Shown piece by piece: positions 10,160 to 26,426 of a stretch of DNA of 64,000 nucleotides; the first letter of the stretch is position 1, and every line of letters starts with the position of its first letter. Under the pieces are notes generated by a model. It was not told where the DNA came from and did no database searches. It worked only from the letters and a program-made list of their open reading frames with translations. The position numbers were made by a program, and so were the translations under genes. The DNA lies in the NCBI GenBank assembly GCA_015134355.1, contig CP043978.1, positions 198,902-262,901 on the forward strand, written 5' to 3'. The stretch comes from Candidatus Stammera capleta. GTDB taxonomy: Bacteria > Pseudomonadota > Gammaproteobacteria > Enterobacterales > Enterobacteriaceae.

Positions 10160-13100
10160 ATGTTTATATTATATCAATCTAATGATTTTAAAATATTAAA
10201 GAATATGTTTTTATATGTTTTTAAAAAAAAACAATTTAATAATTATAATGATAATATAATTTTAATATCTAATAATAATGTTTCTTTAAATTTAAAAATA
10301 TTTTTTAGTAAATATTTAGATATATTTGCTAATTATAAATTTTTATTAACTGCTAAATTTATATGAAATTTATGTAAATTATTTTTAAAAGATATATCAG
10401 ATATTAATTATTTTAGTAAAATTAATTTATTTTTTGTAATATTAAATATTTTACCTAAATTAATTAAAAATAATAATTTTTTAAAATTAAAAAAATATTT
10501 AAAAAATGATTTAAATTATATTAAATTATTTGATTTATGTTATAAAATATCAGATTTATATGATAAATATTTAGTTTATAGACCTTATTTATTGATTAAC
10601 TGAGAAAATAATATATTAGATAATAATATTAATGATGATAATCAAATTTGACAATGTATTTTATGAAAAAAAATTATAAATTTTTATTTTAAAAAGTTTA
10701 ATTGTAAATTATATAGATCAAAAGTTTTATTTAATTTCTTAAATATTTTAGAAAAAGAAAAAAATTTATTTAAAAAATTATATAAACATATTTATATTTT
10801 TAATGTTTATAATTTACCACCTTTATATTTAGATATTATTTATTATATGTCAAAACATATTGATATTCATTATTTTTTAATAAATCCATGTAAAGAATAT
10901 TGATTTGATATTAATAATTTTATTAATATAAATAATAATTTAATAAATAATAATTATAATATATTTAATTCAAATTCATGTATATTATATTATGCAAAAA
11001 TATTTTCTGAATATTTGTATATAATATTAAATTATAAAAATATATGTGAAATAAATTATTTTAATAAATATTTTAATAAAAATATTTTAGGATATTTTAA
11101 AAAAAATATATTATATTTTTATAATAATAAGTTTAATTTTTTAAATAAATTAAAATATATAGATAATTCTTTAATTGTTAAATCTTGTTATGGTTATTTA
11201 GATGAAATTTATAAATTAAAAAAATTTTTATTAAAATTATTATTTAAATATAATTATAAATATAATGAAATAGCTATAGTTATTACAGATATTAAAAGAT
11301 ATTTATTTTATATTAATTTAATATTTTCTGATTATAAATATAAAAAAATTATACCATATTTAATTTTAGATAAATTTCATGATAATAATATATTTAAATT
11401 TTTAATAAAAATATTAAATATTAAAGATATTAATTTAAATTCATATGATTTTTTAGAATTATTTAAAAATAAAATTATTTTAGAAAAATTTAATATTGAT
11501 AAAAATGAATTAGATGTTATATTAAATTTAATTAATAATATAAATTTTTTTAATAGTATTAAAAATTTAAATATTAATAAAAATTTATTTAATAAAATCA
11601 ATTATATAAATTTTATTGAAAATATTAAAAGTTTGTTATTAAGTTATTTTATAAATAAAAAATATTTTATATGAAATAATATTTATAGTTATAAATTATT
11701 AGATAGTAACTTTATATATAATATAATAGCTAAATTTTCAGATTTTATTTTTAAAATATTATATTGAAAAAATATTTTTAATAAAAAATATTTTTTTAAT
11801 GAATGAATTATTTTATATTTTAATATAATAAATGATTTTTTTTCAAAAAGTTTGATAAATGATTATTATTTTTTAAATAAAGAGTATTTAAATATTTTAT
11901 TAGATAATTATAAAATTATAAATTTTAATAAAAAAGTTAATATTGATTTTTTTATTAAAATAATATGTATTTTATTTAAAAAAAAAAATAAAAATAAGCA
12001 ATATTCAATTAATCATATTAATATTAGTTCAATTTTTTATTTGAGATCAATACCTTTTAAAGTAATTTGTATATTAGGTTTAAATTTAGATATTTATCCT
12101 AAAAATATTTTAAATTATAATTTTGATTTAATGTATTTATATCCTAAATTAGGAGATAGAAATAAAATAGAATATGAAAAATATTTATTTTTAGAAAATT
12201 TTATATTTGCTCAAGATAAGATTTATATAAGTTATATTAATATATCATTAGAAAATAATAATAAATATTTTCCTTCTATTTTGTTAGATAATTTATTAAG
12301 TTATATTAATATTAATATATATAATTTTAAAAACAAAAATATTAAAAGATTTTTTTATAGTTATAAAAAAAAATTAAATGTTAAAAATAATATTATATCT
12401 TTAAAATCTTTTTATATTTTATTTAAAAAAAGTAATATTATTTTATTAAAGGATATTCATAATTTTTGATTTAATCCAATAAAATTTTTTTTTAATAATT
12501 CATTAAAAATTTTTTTTTATGAAAATATTAGTAATAATTTAACTTATAATATAAAAGATTTTTATAATTTTAAGAAAAAAATTATTAATAGTTTATTAAT
12601 AGGTAAAAAATTTAATAAAAATTTTTATTTATATTTACAAATATTTAATTTAATACCTTTTGGTAATTTTGGGAAAATTTTTTGAAAAAATGAAAATTTT
12701 AATATAATTAAATTATTTAATTATATTAATAATATATCTTTTGATTATAAAGATTATAAGTTTTCAATTTTAATTAAAAATATTTATTTAAATGGTATTT
12801 TAAATATTAATAATAATTTAAATCATTATAAATTTTTACCTAAAAATTTAAATTTAATAGATGGTTTATTATTTTGAATAGATCATTTAGTATATTGTTC
12901 ATTAGGTTTTAATAAAAAAAGTATATTATATGGTTATAATAATTTATTTATATTTGAAAATTTAGATATATATTTATCTAAATATTTATTATATTTTTAT
13001 ATAAAAGGTTTTTTATTTGGTATTAATAATCCATTATTTTTTTTACCTAAATTAAGTAATTATATATTGTTAAATATATATAATTTTAAAATAAAAAAAT

Positions 13101-13306
13101 TATATATTAATAAAAGAATTATTAATTCAATATTTTTAAAAATAAAATATATAATAAATAATAAGAATTATAATTATTTTTTAAACGATGTTTATATTAA
13201 TTATTTAATAAAATATAATTATATAATAGATGAAAATTTAATTATTAATAATGCTAAAAAATGATTATTACCTATGTTAAAATATATAAAGATTAAAAAT
13301 TTTTAA
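10160..13306 (+). CDS. recC: Exodeoxyribonuclease V gamma subunit
   Basis: MFILYQSNDFKIL...DLYDKYLVYRPYLLINWENN...LPPLYLDIIYYMSKHIDIHYFLINPCKEYW matches E. coli RecC (MLRVYHSNRLDVL...DLFDQYLVYRPDWLAQWE...LPPVYLQALQALGKHIEIHLLFTNPCRYYW). Pieces 10160, 11015, 11852 and 13067 share one frame and are joined only by TGA. Length 1048 aa. Confidence 0.8.
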
Positions 13307-13311
13307 ATGTA

Positions 13312-16300
13312 ATGAATATTTTTGATTATTTAAATAGTTTTATAAATAAAATTAATTTAATTGAATCTTCTGCAGGTACTGGTAAAACTAATATAATTTC
13401 TTTATTATATTTAAGATTTTTATTAAATATTAATATTGAAAGTAAATATTTTTCAAATTTATTAATTAATAATATTTTAATAGTAACTTTTACTGATTTA
13501 GCTTCTTTAGAAATTAAAAATAGGATTTTAAATAATATAAGAAATTTAAAAGAATCATGTATAAATAATTATTGTATTAATGAAAATATAGATATTATTT
13601 TTAATTATATTAAAAATATTCCTAATATAGTTAATTTATTAAATCAAATAGAAAATAATATTGATTATACTTCTATATTTACAATACATGGATTTTGTAA
13701 AAAAATTATTTTTAATAATTTTATAGAATTTAATATAAGTTATAATTGTAAAATATTATCTGATGAATATAATTTAATTTATGAGTTAACTATTTGTTAT
13801 TGATATAATAATTTATCTTTATTAAAAGAAAATATATTATTAATAATATTAAAATATTGATCTAATTATAATTTTTTATTTAATGATATAATTAAAATTT
13901 ATAATTTTAATAATATTAAATGTAATTTTAAAAAAAAAATTTTTAATTCTATTGAAAATTGTTATTTTAGTATTTTAAATTATATAATTTTTTTTAAAAA
14001 AGAGTGATTATTAAATAATAAATATTTATATAATTATTTATTAAAATTTAAAGATAAAATGTTTAGTTTATTAGAATTAAAAAATTTATTTTTACAGATA
14101 AATTTTTGAGCTAAAAGTAAAACTTTAGATTTTTATATTCCTAAAATTTTATATAAATTAAGATATAAATTTTTTTTATATAATTATAAATATACTTATT
14201 TTAATAAAGATTATACATTATTATATTTAGATTTTTTATTATATAAGTTAAATGATTTATATAATTATATATTATTAGATTGTTTAAAATTTATTAAAAT
14301 AAATATTAAATTAAGAAAAAAAGAAAAATTATTAATAAGTTTTGATGATTTAATAAATAAATTTAATAAATTTTTAAATAATAATAATAATTTATTTTTG
14401 ATTAATTATATTAGAAAAAATTATCCTATAATTTTAATAGATGAATTTCAAGATACTGATATTAATCAATATTGTATTTTTAAGAAAATTTATATTAAAA
14501 ATAGTTCTAAATTTAAAACAAAAATGATATTAATTGGTGATCCTAAACAATTAATATATTCTTTTAGAGGAGCTAATATTTTTAGTTATATGTATGCTAA
14601 AAAGAATATTAAGTATATATATACTTGTAATATAAATTGACGTTCTTCTTATTATTTAAATAAAAGTTTTAATTATATATTCACTAGAGTAAAAAATTTT
14701 TTTTTATATAAATATATAAATTATGTAAAGTTAAAATCTGATTTAAATAATAAAAATTTATATATATTAAAAAATAATTGTATTGATAATTCAATAAAAT
14801 TTCATATATTTAAAGATTTGAAATATAAAAATTTAAAATTTAATTTAGCTAAATATTGTGCTATTAAATTAATAAAATTATTAAGTAATAAAAACATATA
14901 TATTTTAGATAAATATAAAAATAAGCGTAATTTATATCCTTCTGATTTTTGTATATTAGTTTATAGTAATACAGATATTAAAATAATTTTAGATGTTTTT
15001 AAGAATTTTAATTTACCTATTTTTTATAATTATACTAAAGATAGTATATTTAATACGAAGGAATCTGAAGATATTATATATATATTAAAATGTATATTAT
15101 TTCCTATATCTAAGATTAATATTAGAAATATATTATTAACTTCTTTGTTTGGTTATAGTATTTTAAATATTAATTTTTATATTGATAATGATAACTATTT
15201 TAATAAATTAATAGAGGAATTTTATTTATATTATGATATATGGAATAAATTTGGTATTTATTCTATGATTAAATATATTATTAAAAAAAAAAAAAAAATA
15301 GTTAATAATATTTTAAATAAAAATGAGTATATAAATAATATTTTACATTTATCCGAAATTTTACAAAATATATATTTAAAATTAAATGATAAATTTTTAT
15401 TATTAAAATGATTAGAAAATAAAGTAATTAATAAGAAAAATATATTTAAAAAAAGATATTATATTAGATCAAATTTTTATAATAAAGAATCAATAAATAT
15501 TTCTACTATACATAAGTCTAAAGGTTTACAATATAATATTGTTTGATTACCATTCTTAATAAAATTAAAAATTAATAATAGATTTTATTATTTTTATAAT
15601 CGTAAAAATTTAAGTTTTAATTTAGACTTATATAAAACATATTATGGAAAATTTTTAATGATGGAAGAAATAATTTCTGAAGAAATTAGACTGTTTTATG
15701 TGGCAATCACAAGATCAATATATCAATGTAATATTTTTATTTATGATTATGATATTAATAATAAAATTTTTTATAGTAAATATATTAATAATATTTTAGG
15801 AATAAAAGAAAAAAATAGTTTTATAAATTTAAATAGTTATATTAAATCTAATATTAATTATAAATATATTTTAATTAAATTTTTAAATTTATATAAATAT
15901 ATTAAGTATAATAAAAATATATTTTTTAATATAAAAAAATCAAAAAAGAAAGTTTTAAAATTTAAAGAATTTGTCATTAAAAGAAATAAATTTATTTTAA
16001 ATTATTCTAATATTAAAAAAAAAATTAGTTATTTAAATAATTATATTAAAAATAATATAAATAATAATAATTTTTTATTAAGAGGTAAAAATATAGGTAA
16101 TTTTTTTCATAATATTATTGAAAATATTAATTTTAAAAATTTTAATTTTAATATAAAATTTTTACTATTTAAATTAAATGAATTTAATATAGATAAAAAA
16201 TATTTTTTTTTAATTAAAAATATTTTATTTAATTTATTAAATGTTAAATTAAATAATTTAAATATAAATTTATGTAGTTTAAATAAAATTAATATTTATA

Positions 16301-16803
16301 AAGAATTTAATTTTTTTTTATATGTTTATAAAAAATTTAGTTTTATTAATTATTTAAATATTATTAGTAAATATGATCTTATTTCTAGAAAATGTATTAA
16401 TAATAATTTAAATTTTAATTTTTATGGTTTTTTAAATGGTATAATAGATTTAATATTTTATTATAATAATAAATATTATATTATAGATTTTAAAACTAAT
16501 TGAATAGATTCTCATTATTCATCATATAATTACAGAAATATGTTTGAATTAATGTGTAAAAATAGATATGATATACAGTATCAAATATATTCTTTAGCTT
16601 TACATAAGTTTTTAAAAATGAAATATAACAATTATTGTTATAAAAATAATTTTGGTGGTATATATTATATATTTTTAAGAGGTATATTTTTAGATACTAA
16701 TAATAAAAGTTTAACTGGTATATATTTTATTAAACCTAAATTTAAATTAATTTATAAATTAAGTAGGTTTTTTATAAAAAAAAAAATATTTTATGAAAAA
16801 TAA
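13312..16803 (+). CDS. recB: Exodeoxyribonuclease V beta subunit (helicase-nuclease)
   Basis: Walker A SAGTGKT lies at 13369-13389. ILIDEFQDTD, ILIGDPKQLIYSFRGA and the nuclease motif IIDFKTNW...RYDIQYQIYSLALHKFL (D at 16486-16488, K at 16492-16494) match E. coli RecB (YLLDYKSNW...RYDLQYQLYTLALHRYL). Five same-frame pieces are joined through TGA. Length 1163 aa. Confidence 0.85.
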
Positions 16804-18607
16804 GGTAGATGATTTTTTATTAAGTGCTTATAAAAAATCTAAATTAGATTTAATAGATATAAATTTTTCTAAATTATTTTATTTAGAATATGATATTAAT
16901 AGTTATGTATATGTGTTATTTGCATCTATATTAAGTTTATCTAATAGATTAGGTAATATTTTTTTATTTTTAGAAAATTTTTTTGATAGAAATATTTTTA
17001 TTTCTAAATATATTTTAAAATTTTTATATTATTTTTTTAATAATCATATTTCTATTAAAAATTGTATAAATTTAATGTTAAATTCTTATATTGTAAGTGT
17101 ATGATTTAATAACAGATATACTCCTTTTATTTTATATAATGATTGTATTTATTTATATAAGAATTGATATTATGAAAATTATATTATAAATTATTTAAAT
17201 AAAAATTTTTATAATAATAAAAAAAAAAATATAAATTTAAATAATTTAAATTTATATATTAAAAATATTAATATTAATTCTAAATTTAAAAAAATTATAT
17301 TAAGTTCAATATTTAATAAGTTTACTATAATTTCTGGTTCTCCAGGAACTGGTAAAAGTACATTAATTATTAAATTAATTATTTTATTATATAAAATATA
17401 TAATTTTAAGGATAAAAAAGATATTATATTATTATCACCTACTGGTAAATTATCTTCATGATTAACTAATTGTTTATTAAATATTTATAATGAATTAAAT
17501 ATTAGTAATAAATTTTTACCAAATAAGTGTTTTACTATACATAAATTTTTAGGTTTTAATTATTTATATAATTATTTAAAATTTAGTAGAAAAAACAAAA
17601 TATTATCATATTATATAATAATAGATGAATGTTCTATGGTTAGTATAAATATTTTTTATAATATATTATCTTCTTTAAGTAATTATACTAAATTAATATT
17701 AGTAGGAGATTATTATCAGTTAAATCCTATTGAATCTATATCAATATTTAATGAAATTTGTAATATATTATACAATAAATTTTATATTAAAAATTATTTT
17801 AATTATTTTTTATATTATAAAAATATATTTATTCTAAATAAAAATTATCGTTATATTAATAATAATAATAATATTGGTAAATTTTTGAATTTAGTTAAAA
17901 ATAAAAATTATAGTATTTTATATAAATATTTTTTAAATAATTTTTATTCTGATATTATTTTTTATGATTCTAGTAAATTTAATTATGATTTTTTTTTAAA
18001 TTTATGTATTAAATTTTATAAAGTTTATATAAATATTATTTTAAATAATCCAAATATTAAAGAATTATTAAATGTTTTTAATAAGAATCAAATAATTTGT
18101 GTATTAAAAGATACTAATAAGGGTATTATTTTTATAAATAATTTAATAAATAATTATATATATAACAATATTAATAATAAATATTTATATAATTTTAATA
18201 ATGATATTCATTTTTTTGGTGAACCTATTTTAGTTATTAAAAATAATAATAATTTAAAATTATATAATGGTGATTTAGGTTTTTTTATATTTAATAAAAA
18301 TAATAAATTAAGATTATATTTTAATAAAAAATATAATTATTTACATCCATTTATATTATATGGTAATTGAGTTAATGCTTGAGCTATTACAGTTCATAAA
18401 TCTCAGGGTTCTGAATATGATAATATTTTATTTATTTTACCTGATAAATTTTTAAATATATTAAATAATAATATAATATATACAGCTTTAAGTAGAGCTA
18501 AGAAAAAAATTATTATTTATGGTAATATTGATATATTAATTAATAGTTTAAAATTATTTAATAAAAAAAATAATAATTTTAATAAGAGAATAAATTTAAT
18601 ATATTAA
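16793..18607 (+). CDS. recD: Exodeoxyribonuclease V alpha subunit
   Basis: Walker A GSPGTGKS lies at 17336-17359. IIIDECSMV and the C-terminal W(TGA)AITVHKSQGSEYDNILFILP...YTALSRAKKKIIIYG are typical SF1 RecD motifs. The gene overlaps the recB 3' end by 11 nt. Length 604 aa. Confidence 0.85.
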
Positions 18608-18612
18608 TTATA

Positions 18613-19323
18613 TTAAATTTTTTTAATTATATAAATACAAATTAACTCTATATCATTTCATAATAAGTTATTAAATAGTTTGTAATTTTTTTCATATTTA
18701 TAAAATATTTTTAATATTTTAATTATATTAATTATATTATTAAATTTATTTATATTTTTAATAAAATTTTTAAATATTATATTTAAAATTAAAATTTTAT
18801 CTATATTTTTATTTTTAATTTTATTAATTATATAAAATATATCATTAATTTTTTTTTTATTAATAATTTTAATAAGTTTATATATTATTTTATTTATATT
18901 ATTTTTAAATATATATTTATTTTTTTTATTAAATTCTATTAAAATAATATTTTTTTTATTTATTATTAAATTTTTTATATTATATTTTATTTCAAAAATG
19001 AATATAATATATATGTTTTTTTTAAAGTATTTAAATATATATTTTTTGATTAAATAATTAATATTTTTAATATTTTCTATTATATTTATTATAAAAATTT
19101 TATTTTTTGAAATTATATTTTCATTTATTATTTCTTTAATAATTAAATTTCAATTAAATTTTTCTTTTATAAAAAAATTATATATTAATATATTTTTATG
19201 TATATAATTAATTTTATTTATTATATATTTTTTATATTTATATTTTTTATTTATATTATTACCTAATATATAATATATATTATATTTTATTTTATTATTT
19301 TTAATTAAATTATATTTTTTCAT
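18613..19323 (-). CDS. holA: Probable DNA polymerase III delta subunit, shortened
   Basis: An intact 236-aa frame, checked codon by codon, with two TGA codons (18658-18660 and 19150-19152). It lies immediately downstream of leuS, as in the E. coli order leuS-lptE-holA. Similarity is weak: YYILGNN versus YLLLGND, and NWNLIIKEI...KNKIFIINIIEN versus DWNAIFSLC...SRQTLLLLLPEN. Confidence 0.45.
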
Positions 19324-19330
19324 TTATAAA

Positions 19331-21859
<2,529 letters not shown>

Positions 21860-21949
21860 ATTTGTTTATTTATTTTTATATTTAATTTATAATTTATATA
21901 TTAAATGTTTTAAAATTTAATTATTTTAATATATATTTATATATAAAAA

Positions 21950-23509
21950 TTAATTATAAATTATATTTTTATTAATTTTTATATTTTGAAATTTATTAAA
22001 ATTATCTTTTTTATTTATTAGTTTTAATTTTTTTTTATATTTATGTTTTTTTTTATATTTAATTCTTAAAATATAATAATTTGGTGTTTGAATATTTTTA
22101 TTAGGTACTATTTTAGTTTTAATATTTTTTTTTTTTATATTATATAAGATATTTTTTTTTTTTTTTAATATATAATATGCTATATTTATAGGTAAAATTG
22201 CATGTATTTCTTTAGTATTTTTTTTTAATGATTTTTCTTGTATAGTTCGTAAAATTAAAAGAGACAATGATTTATTATCCCTAATTATACCACTTCCTTT
22301 ACATCTTGGACAAATATAATAATTTAATTCTTTTAAAGATGGATTTAATCTTTGTCTAGACATTTCTAATAATCCAAATTTTGATATATATCCAATTTTT
22401 GTTTTTGCTTTATCTTTATTTATTATTTTTTTAAATTTTTTTTCAACTTTTTTTTTATTTTTTAAAATAGTCATATCTATAAAATCTATAACTATTAATC
22501 CTCCTAAATCTCTTAATCTTAATTGTTTAGCTATTTCTTTAGAAGCTTCTAAATTAGTTTTAAATGCAGTTATTTCTATATTTTTTTCTTTTTTGTATTT
22601 TGAAGAATTAACATCTATAGATATTAAAGCTTCAGTAATATCTATTATTATAGATCCTCCTGATGGTAGTTTAACTTTTCTTTTAAAAGCTGATTCAATT
22701 TGATTTTCTATTTTAAAATAAGTAAATAGTGGTATTTCTTTTTTATAAAATTTTATTTTATTTAATATATTTTTTTTACCTATTTTTTTAATATAATTTA
22801 TTGATGATATATAAATTTTATAATTATCAATTATTATTTCTTTTATATCATTGTTTAAATAATCTCTAAATATTCTTGTAAATATGTTATTTTGTTTATA
22901 AATTAAATAATTTGATTTATTATTTTTAAATTTTTTTTTAATATATTTTCAATTTTTTAATTTTTCATATAAATCTAATTTAAATGTATTTATTGATTTA
23001 CCTAATCCTGAAGTTCTAATTATTATTCCCATATTTTTAGGTATTTTTAATTTTTTTATAATCTTTTTTATTTTTTTTCTTTTTTTTCCTTTAATTTTTT
23101 TAGATATTCCTATTGTATTATTATTTTTATTTGGCATTAGTATTAAATAATTACCTATTAAATTTATAAATGTTGTTAAAGAAACTCCTTTATTATATAT
23201 TTTTTCTCTTGTAATTTGTATTATTAATTCTTGTCCTTTATATAAATTATTTATATTTTTATTTTTTTTATTAATGAAATATTTAGGTGAAATTTCTTTT
23301 AATGGTAAAAATCCTTGTTTAGGTTCTCCATAATCTATAAATACTGCTTCTAGACTAGGTTCTATTCTTATTATTTTACCTTTATATATATTATATTTTA
23401 TTTTTTTATATTTATTATTTTCTATATTTAAATCATATAGTTTTTTATTATTAATTATTGCTATTCTTAGTTCTTCTTTTTGAGAAGCGTTTATTAACAT
23501 TCTTTTCAT
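21950..23509 (-). CDS. rne: Ribonuclease E, catalytic N-terminal half only
   Basis: MKRMLINASQKEELRIAIINNKKLYDLNIE...NIYKGKIIRIEPSLEAVFIDYGEPKQGFLPLKEI matches the E. coli RNase E N-terminus. The Zn-link CPRCKGSG is present. Length 519 aa versus 1061. It is divergent from rluC, as in E. coli. Confidence 0.9.
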
Positions 23510-23630
23510 ATAATTTAATATTTATTTTAAATAGTTTATTAATTAGTATATAATAATTAATATATTATTAATTAGTTATTATTTTTATAATTTTTTATAT
23601 AATTGCATTTTAAATTATAATTATAGGAAT

Positions 23631-24596
23631 ATGTATAATAAATTTTTTATAAGTTTTTTAAAAGTTAGTTTAAATGATATTAATCAAAGATTAGATAATT
23701 TTTTATTTAAAAAAATAAAGTATTTACCTAGATGTAAAATATATTCTTTAATTAGAAAAGGTAATATAAGAGTTAATAATAAGAGAAAATCTTATAAATA
23801 TAAATTAAATTTAAATGATATATTACGTATTCCTTTATATAATTTTAATATTAAAAATAAACTTTTATATTTAAATAAAAATATAAAAAATAAATTTATT
23901 AATAGAATTATATATGAGGATAATTATTTGATATTAGTTAATAAACCTTCAGGTATTAGTGTACATGATGGTAATAAAGTTAAATTAAATTTAATAGATA
24001 TTTATAGAGAAATAAAATTGAATAAATATTTAAATTTAATACATAGACTTGATAAATATTCTTCAGGATTATTATTAATTTCAAAAAACAGAGATATATT
24101 AATAAATTTAAATAATCAATTTAAAAATTTAAATATTATTAAAAAATACTATATATTAGTTTGTGGTAATTGACCTAAAAATATTTATAAAATAGATAAA
24201 TTTATATTTAAGCATAAAAAAAAAGCATATATAATTAATAAATTTACAAAAGATTATAAAAATATTAAATTAAAAAAATCTTTAACTTATTTTAAAATTA
24301 TTAAATATATTAATAATTTTACTTTATTAAAAGCATATCCTATAACAGGTAGATTTCATCAAATAAGATTACATACAAGTTATTTAGGTTATCCAATATT
24401 ATTTGATAATTTATATGGAAATAAAAATATAAATAATAAATTTTATATTAATAAATTAAGTAGATTATTTTTACATTGTACTTATATTTCATTTTTTCAT
24501 TATTTTTTAAATAAAAAATTATTTTTTAATATTAAGTTAGATAATGATTTATATTGTATTTTAAATTTTATAAAAAATAATAATATCATTAAATAG
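23631..24596 (+). CDS. rluC: 23S rRNA pseudouridine synthase RluC
   Basis: It has an S4-like N-terminus, NKPSGISVH, HRLDKYSSGLLLISK and TGRFHQIRLH. The TGA at 24171-24173 is read through. It is divergent from rne and upstream of rpmF. Stop TAG at 24594-24596. Confidence 0.8.
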
Positions 24597-24599
24597 GAG
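24595..24599 (+). promoter_or_regulatory. Shine-Dalgarno AGGAG for rpmF
   Basis: AGGAG lies 10 nt upstream of the ATG at 24610. Confidence 0.6.
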
Positions 24600-24609
24600 T
24601 TAATTTTAT

Positions 24610-24774
24610 ATGGCTGTTCAAAAAAGTAAAAAGAGTAGATCTAAAAGAGGACATCGTAGATCAAATATTCGTTTAAATTTACCTTTATTATTTTTAAATA
24701 AGAAAACTAATACATATAATTTATATCATCATATTGATAAAAGTTATGTAATTAATAGAAAAAAAAAATTATAA
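24610..24774 (+). CDS. rpmF: 50S ribosomal protein L32
   Basis: MAVQKSKKSRSKRGHRRSN... resembles E. coli MAVQQNKPTRSKRGMRRSH. It is too short for the ORF track (54 aa). Confidence 0.9.
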   Translation: MAVQKSKKSRSKRGHRRSNIRLNLPLLFLNKKTNTYNLYHHIDKSYVINRKKKL

Positions 24775-26310
24775 TTAGTTAAAAAATTTTTCTTTATTTA
24801 TTTTTAATAAAAATAAACTTAATATATATATAATTATAGTATATATTATTGAAAATATTATATATATGATTCTTTTATAAAAATTAAATTTTATAAAATT
24901 GATTTCTAATTTATTATTTAATTTATTTAAAAATATAAATATTAATATATTTGATATAATAATTTTAATTATAAATTTTTTTCATTGATATTTATGTATA
25001 AACATTTTTTTTTTTATTAATTGTTTATATAATAAAAAACAATTTAAATATGATGAAATTATTATTGATAATGATATTCCTATATATTTAAATATTTTTA
25101 TAGTAAAAATATTTAATATTTGAGAAAATATTAGTATAAATATAGATATTTTATTTGGTATATTAATTTTTTGTTGAGAATAATAGCATGATATAAATAT
25201 TTTATTTAATATTGAAATTGTAAGACCTATTGAATATATTATTAATATTTTAGATGTCATTATAACATCTAAATATTTAAATTTACCATATTTGAATAAT
25301 GTAATAATTAATAATTTGGATGATTTTAGAAAAAATATAGATATTGGTATGCTTAATAATAGTATTATTTGTAAATATTTTTCTATTAATTTATTATATT
25401 TATTAATATTTTTTTTATTATATTCATTTGATAATTTAGATAATAATCAAGTACCTGTAATTGTACTTAGTATACTTAATGGAAATTCTATTAATTTATC
25501 TGCATAATAAATTCATGATATTGATCCTTCTTTAAAGTATGAAGATAAATTATTATTTATAATTTGTGATATTTGATATATTAATATATTTGATATTGTT
25601 GGTATAAATTTTTTAATTATTTTAAATATTCCTTTGTTTAAAAAGTTTATTTTACTAATATTAATTTTAATAGGTATTTGTTTAATGTATATTCTTTGTA
25701 TTGTTAATTGTATAATTCCTCCAATAATCATTGCTATACTTAAAGAAGTAATTGGTATATAAAAATATTTACTTATAAATATACTAAATAAAATTATATT
25801 AATATTGGTTATTAATTGTATTGTAATAATTGGATAAATAATATTTCATAAATTTAATATTGATGCTAAAAAATAAGATAATGATATTAATAATATAAAT
25901 GGTATTGTAAAATTAAATATTTTTTGAGTTAGTTCTAGTTTTTTGTAATTATTTTTAAATCCTGAATAAATTATTAATATAATTTTATTAGAAAATATAA
26001 TACATATTATTGTTAATATAAATAATAATAATATAAGTATTAAATACACTGTACTTATTAATTGTTCTATTTTTTTTTTATTTTTTTTAAGTTTATATTT
26101 ACTTAATATTGGTATAAATATATATAATAGTGTTCCTTCTGTAATAATTCTTCTAAATATATTTTGAATTTTTATAGATGTATAAAAAGAATCTGTGTTA
26201 GAATTAATTCCAAATTTATTAGCTATTATTATATCTTTAATAAACCCAATAATTTTTACTATACATGTTAAAAAACTAATTTTAATTATATTTAATAATA
26301 TATTATTCAT
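24775..26310 (-). CDS. murJ: Lipid II flippase MurJ (MviN)
   Basis: Same-frame pieces 25846..26310, 25513..25731 and 24982..25260 are joined through TGA. The N-terminus ...IIGFIKDIIIANKFGINSNTDSFY resembles E. coli [24 protein letters not shown]. Length 511 aa, the same as E. coli. Its stop directly abuts the rpmF stop. Confidence 0.85.
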
Positions 26311-26426
26311 ATTAATTTTAAAATTATTTAAATTATTTATTAAACATTTAATTATTAAATTAATTAATATATTAATTTTTTTTAAATATTAATAATTATA
26401 TTAATTATTTATAATTTTTATATATT

